A DNA stretch of 64,000 nt from Gammaproteobacteria bacterium (GTDB taxonomy: Bacteria > Pseudomonadota > Gammaproteobacteria > Ga0077536). The translations under genes and the position numbers were made by a program. The stretch is from the NCBI GenBank assembly GCA_021773835.1, contig JAJFJQ010000060.1, positions 8,540-72,539 on the forward strand, in the 5' to 3' direction. Positions 31,017 through 40,586 of this stretch are shown here, one piece after another (the first letter of the stretch is position 1; each line of letters begins with the position of its first letter). Under the pieces are notes generated by a model. The model searched no databases. It saw only the letters and a list, made by a program, of their open reading frames with translations, and was not told where the DNA came from.

Positions 31017-31901
31017 CTAACCCGGTGGTCGGATATCCAGATACTCGAGGGGCCCTCGGACCTCACGTAACAAGTTCGTCGCGACTTGGGTATAGCGCGC
31101 GGTGTTCTCGAGCTTCTTATGCCCCAGCAACACCTGGATAATGCGGATATCCTCGTGCTTCTCTAGCAAGTGAGTGGCAAAGGCGTGACGTAAGGAATGC
31201 AGCGACACGCGCTTGTCGATCTCGGCGGCGTTACGGGCAAAGTGGAACGCGCGATTGAGTTGCCGGGTCGATAAGGGATCCACCGGGTTTTGCCCGGGGA
31301 ATAACCAGCCACCCGGTAGCAGCTTATGTTGGGCCCGACCGTCGCGCCACCAGGCGCGCAAGATCTTGAGCAATCCGGGTGACAACATCGCGTGACGATC
31401 GCGCTTCCCTTTGCCCTGCTCGACACGGAGGATCATGCGCTCGCTGTCGATATCGCTCACCTTAAGATGGACGACCTCGCTGGCGCGTAATCCGGCGCCG
31501 TAAGCGACGCCGAGAGCGGCTTGATACTTCAGTCCGCCAGCAGCTTGTAGTAACCGGGTGACTTCTTCAGTACTCAGAATCTCGGGGATCTTGCGCGGCT
31601 CGTAGATGTGCCGCATCTTCTTCATCACTTCGGGCCGGTCGAGGGTGACATCGAAGAACATTTTTAGACCGGTGATGGTCGCGTTAATGGTCGTCGTCGA
31701 GACGCCTTGTTCGACGAGATGAAGTTGGAAACGCCGGAGGTCTTCGGCATCCGCCGTGTCGGGTGAACGCGCTAGGAAACGCGTGAAGTTCGCGACGGCT
31801 CGAACGTACTGTGTTTGAGTTCTCGGACTCAGTTTGCGCATCCTCATGTCGTCGAGCATGCGTTGACGCAACGGGCTGATGGGCTTGGTAGACTGGGCCA
31901 T
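31017..31901 (-). CDS. tyrosine recombinase/integrase
   Basis: YGAGLRASE, GKGKRDR, HSLRHAFATHLLE, LLGH, TARY; start placed at MAQSTKPISPLRQRM. Confidence 0.95.
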   Translation of the reverse strand: MAQSTKPISPLRQRMLDDMRMRKLSPRTQTQYVRAVANFTRFLARSPDTADAEDLRRFQLHLVEQGVSTTTINATITGLKMFFDVTLDRPEVMKKMRHIYEPRKIPEILSTEEVTRLLQAAGGLKYQAALGVAYGAGLRASEVVHLKVSDIDSERMILRVEQGKGKRDRHAMLSPGLLKILRAWWRDGRAQHKLLPGGWLFPGQNPVDPLSTRQLNRAFHFARNAAEIDKRVSLHSLRHAFATHLLEKHEDIRIIQVLLGHKKLENTARYTQVATNLLREVRGPLEYLDIRPPG

Positions 31902-32140
31902 GGGTACTTCTCCTGTGTTTTTGTTTGATGATTCGCAACACAACATCAACACAGGGGGAGCCCATACCCCAAAATTAACCTAGAAGAAAAAAACCAGCGC
32001 GGCCTCAACAATACCGCGAGAGCGGTTTAGTACATCGAACCTAAACGGCCTGTAAGCAATTGCTAATATACAGGTTGTAGAGCAACGCACGGAGCGGTTG
32101 CCGACGGTTGCTATCGTCGCGTCAAAATCGGGGTCGGAGT

Positions 32141-33467
32141 CTGAAGGATCCCCACAAAATTAATTAGCATTAAAGGCATAGTGTTGCACATTGAGTTGTA
32201 GCCGTTGAAGGGCAGCACGTAATTCGTGCTGGGCGCAGCGCGTATTTCTAAACAATAATCGTGTACCGACGAAGAAGACGGATAAAACGGTGTAGCGTTT
32301 TTCAGTGTTTGCCTGAAGCGTGCGGGCGATCCCTCGCTTGATCCCGACAAGGCCAGTCAGCCAAATACCAATGGTAGCGATGGCGGCGATTAATAAGAGA
32401 TTGGCGAGTCGGTCCGGGTGACGTCCTAAGTTTTGGCGGAAGGCGAAACCATGGCGGTGGGCCTTGAGGTCACGAAAGCTGAGTTCAATACTCATGCGCT
32501 CGCGGTAGATAGCAACGACCCGTTTGGCACGATTAGCTTGTGCTGGCAGATTACTCACCAATAGCCACGGTTCACGTTCCCGTTTGGCGTGTTTCAAGCT
32601 AGCTGAGTTGCGGCGTGGCTTACCGTGTGCGGTCAGTCGTTTGCGTCCTTTCGAGTGTTTGCGATAGAGATAGGCGTGGGTTAACCAGGGCTTGGAGCGG
32701 GGAAGCCACAACTCACCGGCGTCTCGGGGGCGAGCGGTGGCTTGCGCATACAGGGATTTCGCTGGCACCCAGGTTTCGGTGTCAGGGAAGCACACGAACT
32801 CACGGTTGCGTACACGACCCACATAATACCAACCGAGTGTTTCGACGGCTTTGAACCAGGGGCGCCTAAAACCCGCATCGGTAACGATGATGGGGATGCA
32901 ATCGTGCGGCAACAAGCTTGCCAATTGGGTGAGGAAACGTCGGGTATCTGTAGGATGATTATTACGTGTCAGCACTTGTTCGTACAACGGTAGTGACCGT
33001 CCACCAACGGCTACTGCCGCACGCAAAATAAACCGCGTTCGAGCGCCGTCCACATCCGAGAAATCGACGATGATGTTCGGGTGGCGACAGCCACCCAGGA
33101 CCAAGCGGCAAAGCCAACCGTAGATAGCTTCGCGCTCATGGCTGAGCCGATGATTACCCAACAACCGGTCCATCCGTTTGATGGCATGTTTCTCGGACGT
33201 CCCGAGCCGTAGACTGCGCCCTAACGCCGTCAGATAAAGTTGTTGCCCTCGCAGGAGTCCTTCGACGGCCAGAAACAACGTCATTAGGCGCGTTGAATGC
33301 ATCTCCGGTAGCGCTTTACCCATCCACTTCTGTAACATCCCGATCGCATGCATGGCATCCTCCAAGTGACCAAATTGACCTCGTAATCGATCTGATCACT
33401 GGATGCCATGTATGTTCCCGAACATTAACTCGTTGTTATTGATCACTTTTTTATGGGGAGCTGTCAG
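32141..33467 (-). mobile_element. IS4-family (IS10-like) insertion sequence
   Basis: Imperfect IRs CTGAAGGATCCCCACAAAA / TTTTATGGGGAGCTGTCAG; 9-bp target duplication GGTCGGAGT at 32132-32140 and 33468-33476. Confidence 0.92.
32160..33365 (-). CDS. IS4 family DDE transposase
   Basis: IKRMDRLLGN, IVDFSD, VTDAGFRRPWF, EPWLLVSNL, YRERMSIELSFRDLK (YREK signature). Confidence 0.95.
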   Translation of the reverse strand: MEDAMHAIGMLQKWMGKALPEMHSTRLMTLFLAVEGLLRGQQLYLTALGRSLRLGTSEKHAIKRMDRLLGNHRLSHEREAIYGWLCRLVLGGCRHPNIIVDFSDVDGARTRFILRAAVAVGGRSLPLYEQVLTRNNHPTDTRRFLTQLASLLPHDCIPIIVTDAGFRRPWFKAVETLGWYYVGRVRNREFVCFPDTETWVPAKSLYAQATARPRDAGELWLPRSKPWLTHAYLYRKHSKGRKRLTAHGKPRRNSASLKHAKREREPWLLVSNLPAQANRAKRVVAIYRERMSIELSFRDLKAHRHGFAFRQNLGRHPDRLANLLLIAAIATIGIWLTGLVGIKRGIARTLQANTEKRYTVLSVFFVGTRLLFRNTRCAQHELRAALQRLQLNVQHYAFNAN

Positions 33468-33828
33468 GGTCGGAGTAGTTTTTTGTCGATTGGTCATTGC
33501 TAACAGCGAAGAACGGGACACCCACAATAAGATTTGCGTGGCGGAAGAATGAATCGAGCAATTCGACCTCGGTGTGACCAATTGGGGCGATGACGAAGAC
33601 CCGGTTACGATTTCGTGTCGGCATCGCATCTGCCCTGCCATTTTAGGGGGTGTCCCAATACCCCCCCCCAATAATCTCCCCCTCCAGAATCCCTTCCTGA
33701 GGACAATGACCTGCGCCAGAGCACCTGGTTCTACGTATTAGCCAGCGATCTGGGTACACTCGGGATCCGGCATTTCTCCGCGGAACGTTGGGATAACGCC
33801 GCACAACACATAAATCAAGGAGAAACCG

Positions 33829-34533
33829 ATGGCCACGCCAACGAAAGAAGAAGTACAGCAGGCACTCGATACAATCTTCGCCGCCGACTCTGAAATTTAC
33901 CAGAGCCGCGGTTTTCAACGGCGCATCGGATTTGGCAAGCGTCCGGCGCTGTTGATCATCGATCTCGCAAATGCTTGGACCCGGCCCGGCCACAAATTCA
34001 GCTGCGACGGGATGGATGTCATTATCCCGACCAATCAAAAACTCCTAGAGGCGGCCCGCAAAAAGAATATTCCGATCATCTACACGACCACTGCTTACCA
34101 GGATCCGGACGGCCCCCGCTCGGACACCGGACTCTGGGCCTTGAAAATCCCAGTCGAATCGTTGGAGGAAGGATCCGAGGCGGCACAAATTGACGATCGC
34201 ATCGCACCGATCCCGGAACGCGGCGAACAAGTGATCGTGAAAAAAAGGGCAAGCGCCTTCCACGGCACTTATCTGGCCGGCTACTTGAGGGCCCAGGGTG
34301 TCGATACCGTGATCACGACTGGCGTGACCATGGCTGGCTGCGTGCGTCACACCGCTGAAGACACCATCGCCGAAGGCTTTCGTCCGATCCTCGTGCGTGA
34401 AGGCTGCGGTGACCGAGTGCCCGGTGTAACCGAGTGGAACCTATTTGATATTGACGCTAAGTTCGGCGACGTAGAACCACTCGATCGTGTGCTGGAATAT
34501 CTCGCAGGCATCGAACCACACGCCGCGACATAA
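33829..34533 (+). CDS. isochorismatase-family cysteine hydrolase (maleamate amidohydrolase / N-carbamoylsarcosine amidase-like)
   Basis: GFGKRPALLIID, KKRASAF, GVTMAGCVRHT, DAKFGDV; AAGGAG RBS. Confidence 0.88.
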   Translation: MATPTKEEVQQALDTIFAADSEIYQSRGFQRRIGFGKRPALLIIDLANAWTRPGHKFSCDGMDVIIPTNQKLLEAARKKNIPIIYTTTAYQDPDGPRSDTGLWALKIPVESLEEGSEAAQIDDRIAPIPERGEQVIVKKRASAFHGTYLAGYLRAQGVDTVITTGVTMAGCVRHTAEDTIAEGFRPILVREGCGDRVPGVTEWNLFDIDAKFGDVEPLDRVLEYLAGIEPHAAT

Positions 34534-34725
34534 AAAATGGGGTCGGAGTAGTTTTTGGGAGCGACTTTGGACGCGCTTCTTCGAGATCTTTATACCAGCG
34601 CCCAATGTGCTGACGCTCGCGGTGCGCGAGGTTAACTCGAATCGCTTACACACTCAAAGCATATAACGCCGAGACCAATGTAATGCGCATGGAAACGGCC
34701 GGCGAAAACGGGCCCCATGAGAGGC

Positions 34726-35313
34726 TCATCGCGAAGAGCCCGTACTAGCGAGCGCTTTCTTTATTTCGTTTTCGATACTGTACGTAGAGTTAATTGCGAT
34801 CGAGACAAGACGACCGTCTTTGAGTTTGGCGAATAAAATGTCATAGCCTTCCCCCGGTTCATGGTTGTCCCCGGGCGAGGACACTGTCCTATGGAACAAG
34901 GCATCAATGTCATCGATGAAAACTCGCCGGTGTGATCGGAATGAAAACCAGAACCGATAGAAGCGTAGTTCACGTAAAGTTTTGTCGAGTACGAGTCGCC
35001 CCCGCGTTAGAGAAAATATCCCAAGAAATATAGATCCGCAGCAAAGTAGGAAGCCGATAAATACTAGGAGAATCTTTACCATCAGGTGAGATTGATGCGA
35101 CAGCGGATCGTGTTGGTAGGCATACCACAATACCCACCCGAAACTACATGACACCCCGCCGGTAAGAAAATTCAGCCACAGCGGCGTCGCCCAGACCAAC
35201 CGAGTGTTTCCGATCGATGCGCAATTAAGGTTCTGGTACGCATAAGGCAGATCGAAATCCGTGAGGCCACCTGCGTTGCCTCGTAGTTTGCTATGTTTTT
35301 CGCGAAACGACAC
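34726..35313 (-). CDS. hypothetical membrane protein (2 TM segments)
   Basis: 195-aa ORF with two hydrophobic segments; no recognised motif. Confidence 0.5.
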   Translation of the reverse strand: MSFREKHSKLRGNAGGLTDFDLPYAYQNLNCASIGNTRLVWATPLWLNFLTGGVSCSFGWVLWYAYQHDPLSHQSHLMVKILLVFIGFLLCCGSIFLGIFSLTRGRLVLDKTLRELRFYRFWFSFRSHRRVFIDDIDALFHRTVSSPGDNHEPGEGYDILFAKLKDGRLVSIAINSTYSIENEIKKALASTGSSR

Positions 35314-35607
35314 CTTGGAATTCGTTTATACCGGAAGTCCCTTAAGAGAACCTGTGTTTATTGTGCACGCTGCAATGCATCATTACATTCCTCGCCAATC
35401 AAAATGTACATTTCGGACAATCACAATAAATATTAATGTTAAAGCCACATTGCGTAGCGATACGATCCTGGTGTTCCTCGTTACGGCGATGACGAAGCCG
35501 CTGTCGCGCCTTCCTGTCGGCATCAGCGCCGTCCCACCACCTTGGTGGATGTCATACAATGCACTTTGTCTGTTCGAGAGGCTTCGAACGAAAAAAGAGA
35601 ATTTGGT

Positions 35608-36438
35608 ATGTCTGATGAAAATCTTGTAGTGGGTCACTACACCTCCGGCCATCTACTCACGGCAATCGAAGCCGCCGTTATTGCGGCGGGTAAAACAACC
35701 GCCAACATTACTGTCGATGATCTTGGCCCGGTAGACGAATTTCACATTGGCGGACGAGCCGCGAGCCAAAGTTTCCTCGATCAACTCTCACTCAATCCCG
35801 AAGATCATGTGCTGGATGTCGGTTGCGGATTAGGTGGCGCAAGTCGATTCGTCGCAAATCATTACGGCAGCCGCGTGACCGGAATCGATTTAACTGACGA
35901 GTTTATTCAAACCGGCAAAGCATTGTGTAGCTGGGTCGGGCTAGACAAGCTCGTAACGCTTGATTGCGGTAGCGCGACCGCTATGACATATGACCAGGCG
36001 GTGTTTGATAAGGCGTATATGATGCACGTAGGCATGAATATCGCCGATAAGCACCTGCTGGCGAGCAATGTGTCTCGCGTCCTTAGGCCGGGTGGATTGT
36101 TTGGCATTTATGATGTGATGCAAACCGGGAACGGAGCGCTAAGCTTTCCCGTTCCATGGGCTACCACCGCGCTCGGCAGCGTGGTTGAAAGTCCAACGTA
36201 TTACCGTGCGGCGTTGGAGCAAGCCGGCTTCGAAATCATCGCAGAACGCAATCGTCGAGATTTTGCGCTCGAATTCTTTGAGAACATGGCCGCGTCAAAT
36301 GCAGCTACCGGCGGGCCGCCGCCGTTAGGGCTGCACATAGTCATGGGCGAAGATAGACCGGCGAAAGTGAAAAACATGATCGACAATATCGCCGAGGGCC
36401 GGGTCGCACCGGTCGAAATCATTGCACGAAAACAATGA
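35608..36438 (+). CDS. class I SAM-dependent methyltransferase
   Basis: DEFHIGGR, VLDVGCGLGG, VTGIDL, RVLRPGG; start placed at MSDENL. Confidence 0.9.
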   Translation: MSDENLVVGHYTSGHLLTAIEAAVIAAGKTTANITVDDLGPVDEFHIGGRAASQSFLDQLSLNPEDHVLDVGCGLGGASRFVANHYGSRVTGIDLTDEFIQTGKALCSWVGLDKLVTLDCGSATAMTYDQAVFDKAYMMHVGMNIADKHLLASNVSRVLRPGGLFGIYDVMQTGNGALSFPVPWATTALGSVVESPTYYRAALEQAGFEIIAERNRRDFALEFFENMAASNAATGGPPPLGLHIVMGEDRPAKVKNMIDNIAEGRVAPVEIIARKQ

Positions 36439-36448
36439 CACAAGGATC

Positions 36449-36952
36449 TTAGTCAGGGGGCAGCTGGTCGGGTCGCGCAAAAAACGCCTTGTCCAACAAC
36501 TCCTGTACGTTTGCCGGACGTTCGATATTTGCCGGTCTGTCTTCACCGGGTTGTCGTACCGGACCAAGCGCCGAAATTAAGGTTTCGAGACCCGGAGGTA
36601 AGATCACCCAGAATATTTTCAATTGGGAGTCGCCTTCATTGACGAATCCATGTTTAACCCAGCGCCCCGCGTACACAAGAGAACCTGGCTCGACGGGAAA
36701 ACGTTCACCATCGACAATCGCGGTGCCATGTCCTTCGAATACGAATAACATCTCTTCGTTGCGCTGATGTCCATGCTGGCGTAGCTCACCACCTGGATCG
36801 ACAACCTGAACGCCCGCCGCGAATTGATTGCTCGGCAGATTAAATGGACTCAATTTGACGGTCGCATAGCCGCCGGCCGGCTCGGGCTGCCAAAATGAGT
36901 CGCCGTCGTCGGGTCCCAAAACGAATTTAAGGCCTTTGTCGGGGTGTTCCAT
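36449..36952 (-). CDS. cupin domain protein
   Basis: HGHQRNEEMLFVFEG...VKHGF cupin metal motif; AGGAG RBS. Confidence 0.88.
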   Translation of the reverse strand: MEHPDKGLKFVLGPDDGDSFWQPEPAGGYATVKLSPFNLPSNQFAAGVQVVDPGGELRQHGHQRNEEMLFVFEGHGTAIVDGERFPVEPGSLVYAGRWVKHGFVNEGDSQLKIFWVILPPGLETLISALGPVRQPGEDRPANIERPANVQELLDKAFFARPDQLPPD

Positions 36953-37130
36953 CGGCATACTCCTGCTACCCACAGTACAGAACGTGTCGCGTTATAGTAG
37001 GGACCATCTTAAATACTAAGCTTATGCTTTACCACGGCGCAACGAGCAAACAACCCGGCAAAAGGCCGGTTTGAAGATCGCAGACAATGAGTTCTAATCA
37101 TCAAACACATAAAGCATGTTTGGAGGTCCT

Positions 37131-37514
37131 ATGAAACATTTCGCCGTTCAACCTAAGGGGCACGCCGTTCCAGTAATGCCTTATTCCCCCGCGGTCGTGG
37201 CTGACGGGGTCGTCTACGTCGCGGGCCTGGTCTCTATCGACGAAGAAAACCGGCTCGTTGGCGCTGATGATATCGGCGCACAAACGCGACAATTATTGAC
37301 CAATATGTCGCGATTATTGGAGGCCGCCGGCAGTTCGATGCGATCGGTGCTGAAGACCACCGTCTACCTCCCGAATCGGGATCACTATGTCGAGATGAAT
37401 GCGGTCTACGCAGAGTTCTTCTCAGATCCCCTACCAGCGCGCGCGACGCTACGGGTCGATCTCATCAATCCAAAATACCTAGTGGAAATCGACGCCTACG
37501 CACTTGTCGAATAA
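37131..37514 (+). CDS. RidA family enamine/imine deaminase
   Basis: PYSPAV, MNAVYAEFF, PARAT (catalytic Arg present), VEIDA. Confidence 0.9.
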   Translation: MKHFAVQPKGHAVPVMPYSPAVVADGVVYVAGLVSIDEENRLVGADDIGAQTRQLLTNMSRLLEAAGSSMRSVLKTTVYLPNRDHYVEMNAVYAEFFSDPLPARATLRVDLINPKYLVEIDAYALVE

Positions 37515-37521
37515 GCCTGAG

Positions 37522-38391
37522 ATGAATTCACACACCGCCAATGTAGCGCCAGGTGAAATCGACTGGGAGGGCCAGTTTAACCCACGCGTAGCGGTGCCAA
37601 ACTTCGATCAGATAATGGATGAACGAAAACGGGCGTCAGCCCAGATCCGACAGCGCCGACCATGCCTTAGTGGCCTGCGTTATGGCGAGGCGGAACGCTC
37701 GACCCTGGACGCGTTCCCAGCAAAATCAGCAACGGCGACCCTGGTCTACATTCACGGTGGCTATTGGCGTTCGGGGCAGGCGCAGGACAATAGCGCGATC
37801 GCAGAGCATTTCTGCGCCGCCGGCGCGGCCGTATTTTTACCCAACTACTCACTGTGCCCGGACGCAACAGTCCCGCAAATCGTTGACCAAATTGCTCAGG
37901 CAATTGCTTGGGTCAAGACAGCCGGATGCGATTATGGCGCAAACCCAGATGCGCTATACCTCTGCGGCACCTCAGCCGGCGCGCATCTTGCCGCAATGCT
38001 GTTGGCATCGAATTCAGGCATCGCAGGCGCTTGTCTCATCAGCGGCATCTACGATCTCGCGCCCGTGCTCAAGGTGTCCGTCAACGCCGAAATCGGTTTA
38101 AACGAAGAAACTGCCGAGCGAATGAGTCCAATGGTCCATCCGCCAGCGGGTCATCCGCGATTGATAATGGCTGTTGGTGGGCTGGAGCCACCATTGTGGG
38201 TTCGGCAGACCCATGACTATGCGATCCAGTGTGAAGCGCGCGGGCTAGAATGTGACGTGCTGGAAATTCCGGATGCCAACCATTTTTCCGTCGTCGAAGC
38301 CTTGTATCGCGGCTCGGCACCGATTGCAGCGGCGATGACAGATGCCATGCGATTAACAGACCATCTGCCGCTGGACGAAACATTAATATGA
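37522..38391 (+). CDS. alpha/beta hydrolase, arylformamidase (kynurenine formamidase)-like
   Basis: HGGYW oxyanion motif, GTSAG nucleophile, SGIYDL, NHFS. Confidence 0.85.
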   Translation: MNSHTANVAPGEIDWEGQFNPRVAVPNFDQIMDERKRASAQIRQRRPCLSGLRYGEAERSTLDAFPAKSATATLVYIHGGYWRSGQAQDNSAIAEHFCAAGAAVFLPNYSLCPDATVPQIVDQIAQAIAWVKTAGCDYGANPDALYLCGTSAGAHLAAMLLASNSGIAGACLISGIYDLAPVLKVSVNAEIGLNEETAERMSPMVHPPAGHPRLIMAVGGLEPPLWVRQTHDYAIQCEARGLECDVLEIPDANHFSVVEALYRGSAPIAAAMTDAMRLTDHLPLDETLI

Positions 38392-39383
38392 ATTCGATAG
38401 TAGTAGATCGAATGTGCCGGGGTGGACGCCTAACTGCGCTGTTGGCGTGCCTATGCGGTGTTCATATCGTATTTGCGCCCTCCGCGAATGCTAACGACGA
38501 CCAGCCGTTATGGAAACTACCGCCGGAAGTGATCCGCGACCAGGTCAGCCGCAGTGTAAGCGCCGGCGCCAGCCTCAAGCCAAGCGCCTGGCCAAATGGT
38601 GCCAAGGTCGCGGTATCGCTATCGTTTGATCTCGATACGGAGGCCTTGTGGCTCGGCTTCTACAAACAATCGAGCGCCTCCTATATCAGTCGCGGCGTCT
38701 ACGGCGCGCGAGTAGGTATGCCGCGCATCCTAAGCTTGTTGGATGAACACAAAATTCCGGCGACGTTTTTCACACCCGTCATGTCGATGGTGCTGCATCC
38801 CGATACCTTGCAACAGCTTTTGGCCCGCCCGCAACATGAACTTGCCTTTCATAGTTATGTACATGAGAGCGTCAATGAGTTCAAAGGTGACGAAGAACGT
38901 GAAACCTATGAGGCAGCACTGGCAAAATTTACTGAACTGACGGGCAAGCGTCCGGTTGGATTTCGATCCGGGGCGTGGGACTTATCGCCGCAGACACTCG
39001 GCATTGTTCAAGATCTAGGGTTTTTATATGACAGTAGCCTAATGGCGGACGATGACCCCTACATGATCGTTGCCGATGGGGTCGCCAGCGGCATCATTGA
39101 ATTACCGATTGAATGGATGCTAACGGACACGCCGTTTTTTCAGGGTCAGTGGGTCAATCGTCTCAGCCCGGTAAAAGCAACTGCGGAAGTATTTGCCATC
39201 TGGGCCGAGGAGTTCGACGCCGCCTACCGTGACGGTGGTATGTTTATTCTCGTGTTGCACCCGCAAGTCATCGGACGACGCCCGCGCATCGAATTATTAG
39301 ACCGTCTGATCACCCACATGAAGAGCAAGCCGGGCGGGGTGTGGTTCGCGACCCATGAGCAGATCGCTCGACATGTAAAATAA
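38388..39383 (+). CDS. polysaccharide deacetylase family (CE4, PuuE/PgdA-like) with predicted signal peptide
   Basis: WPNGAKVAVSLSFDLD, HELAFHSYVH, YDSSLM, LHPQVIGR; N-terminal hydrophobic stretch ending in ANA. Confidence 0.85.
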   Translation: MNSIVVDRMCRGGRLTALLACLCGVHIVFAPSANANDDQPLWKLPPEVIRDQVSRSVSAGASLKPSAWPNGAKVAVSLSFDLDTEALWLGFYKQSSASYISRGVYGARVGMPRILSLLDEHKIPATFFTPVMSMVLHPDTLQQLLARPQHELAFHSYVHESVNEFKGDEERETYEAALAKFTELTGKRPVGFRSGAWDLSPQTLGIVQDLGFLYDSSLMADDDPYMIVADGVASGIIELPIEWMLTDTPFFQGQWVNRLSPVKATAEVFAIWAEEFDAAYRDGGMFILVLHPQVIGRRPRIELLDRLITHMKSKPGGVWFATHEQIARHVK

Positions 39384-39445
39384 CGACTGTTTCAGACACA
39401 TAAGCAGTTTCGATACTCCACCAACTCAATAGGAACTCGTCAGCG

Positions 39446-40477
39446 ATGCCGACAAAGATAGATTTTGGACTATTTGATTGGATTGACCAGGCACCCGGCC
39501 CGCTCGCGGACTTGTACGAGTCGCGGTTGCAGCTTGTCGAACTCGCAGACAAAGCCGGGTTTTTCGGTTACCACCTGGCAGAGCATCACAGCACACCGTT
39601 AGGCATGGCGCCGTCGCCATCGGTGTTTTTCGCATCTCTGGCTCAGAGAACGAAAAACATCCGCTTCGGCCCGATGGCCTATTTGCTCCCACTTTATCAT
39701 CCCGTGCGTTTGATCGAGGAAGTCTGCATGCTCGACAACCTGTCGAATGGGCGCATGGAATTGGGCATTAGTCGTGGCGTTTCACCGTACGAAATATCCA
39801 GCTATAGCGTCGATCCAGAAAAAACGAGGGAGATGTTCGCCGAAGTCCTGGACATTTTCCGAGCGGGAATGTGCAACGAGATACTCGACTATGTCGGTAA
39901 ACATTATGAATTTCGTGACGTGCCAATGACGATTAAACCCGTGCAAACGCCTTACCCGCCGCTTTGGTATCCTTCTTTTAGTGAGGCTGGCGTTGAATAC
40001 GCCGCGCAACACGGCATGCATTTCTTAAGCCTTGGACCGCCATCCCTCGTCGCGCACCTAATGGGGCGATATCGCGAAATCGCTGCAGCCAGTCGCGACC
40101 GCGACGTCCGCTTTAATGGTCATGTTGCCGAGCCAAAACTCGGTGCCATGCGACAGATTTATATTGCAGAAACCGAACAAGCAGCTTTGGCTACCGCGAA
40201 GCCGGCATACCAACATTGGTACGGATCCATCACAAAACTTTGGCATCGGCATAACGATACCGCCTATGACGGCTTTTTCGCCTGGGATCCCTGCTTTTCT
40301 GGCGAGACCATACTGATCGGATCGGTAGAGAAAGTACGCGAGCAAATCCAGCAGCTGGTCTCTGCAAGCGGCATTAACTATTTTGTCGGATCTTTTGCGT
40401 GGGGTTCGTTGACGCCAGCGCAAAGCCAGCGGTCGCTTGAGCTTTTTGTTTCGGAAATCATGCCTGGATTACAATGA
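39446..40477 (+). CDS. LLM class flavin-dependent oxidoreductase
   Basis: YHLAEHH, PLYHPVRLIEE, SNGRMELGISRG. Confidence 0.92.
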   Translation: MPTKIDFGLFDWIDQAPGPLADLYESRLQLVELADKAGFFGYHLAEHHSTPLGMAPSPSVFFASLAQRTKNIRFGPMAYLLPLYHPVRLIEEVCMLDNLSNGRMELGISRGVSPYEISSYSVDPEKTREMFAEVLDIFRAGMCNEILDYVGKHYEFRDVPMTIKPVQTPYPPLWYPSFSEAGVEYAAQHGMHFLSLGPPSLVAHLMGRYREIAAASRDRDVRFNGHVAEPKLGAMRQIYIAETEQAALATAKPAYQHWYGSITKLWHRHNDTAYDGFFAWDPCFSGETILIGSVEKVREQIQQLVSASGINYFVGSFAWGSLTPAQSQRSLELFVSEIMPGLQ

Positions 40478-40586
40478 CGCAAGTAGGAGGCTCCAGGGCA
40501 TAGCCCCAAAGCTGTAGATTGACAGTTACCGTCAAAAGCACCAAAGTTTCGAAAAACACAATCATAAATCAAGTAAATCAGGCATC

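Larger units (their letters stand above)
29509..32034 (-). mobile_element. IS91-like element carrying a tyrosine recombinase and a Y2 (HUH) transposase; boundaries approximate
   Basis: Two coupled ORFs; stem GACACCTGCC/GGCAGGTGTC (29523-29578) near the left end and hairpin ACCGC-GAGA-GCGGT (32013-32026) near the right end; no terminal IR or target duplication seen, consistent with rolling-circle elements. Confidence 0.75.

Noticed and set aside
33661-33669. C9 tract as a phase-variation switch
   Set aside because: Intergenic, about 160 bp from the next start, with no identifiable promoter spanning it.
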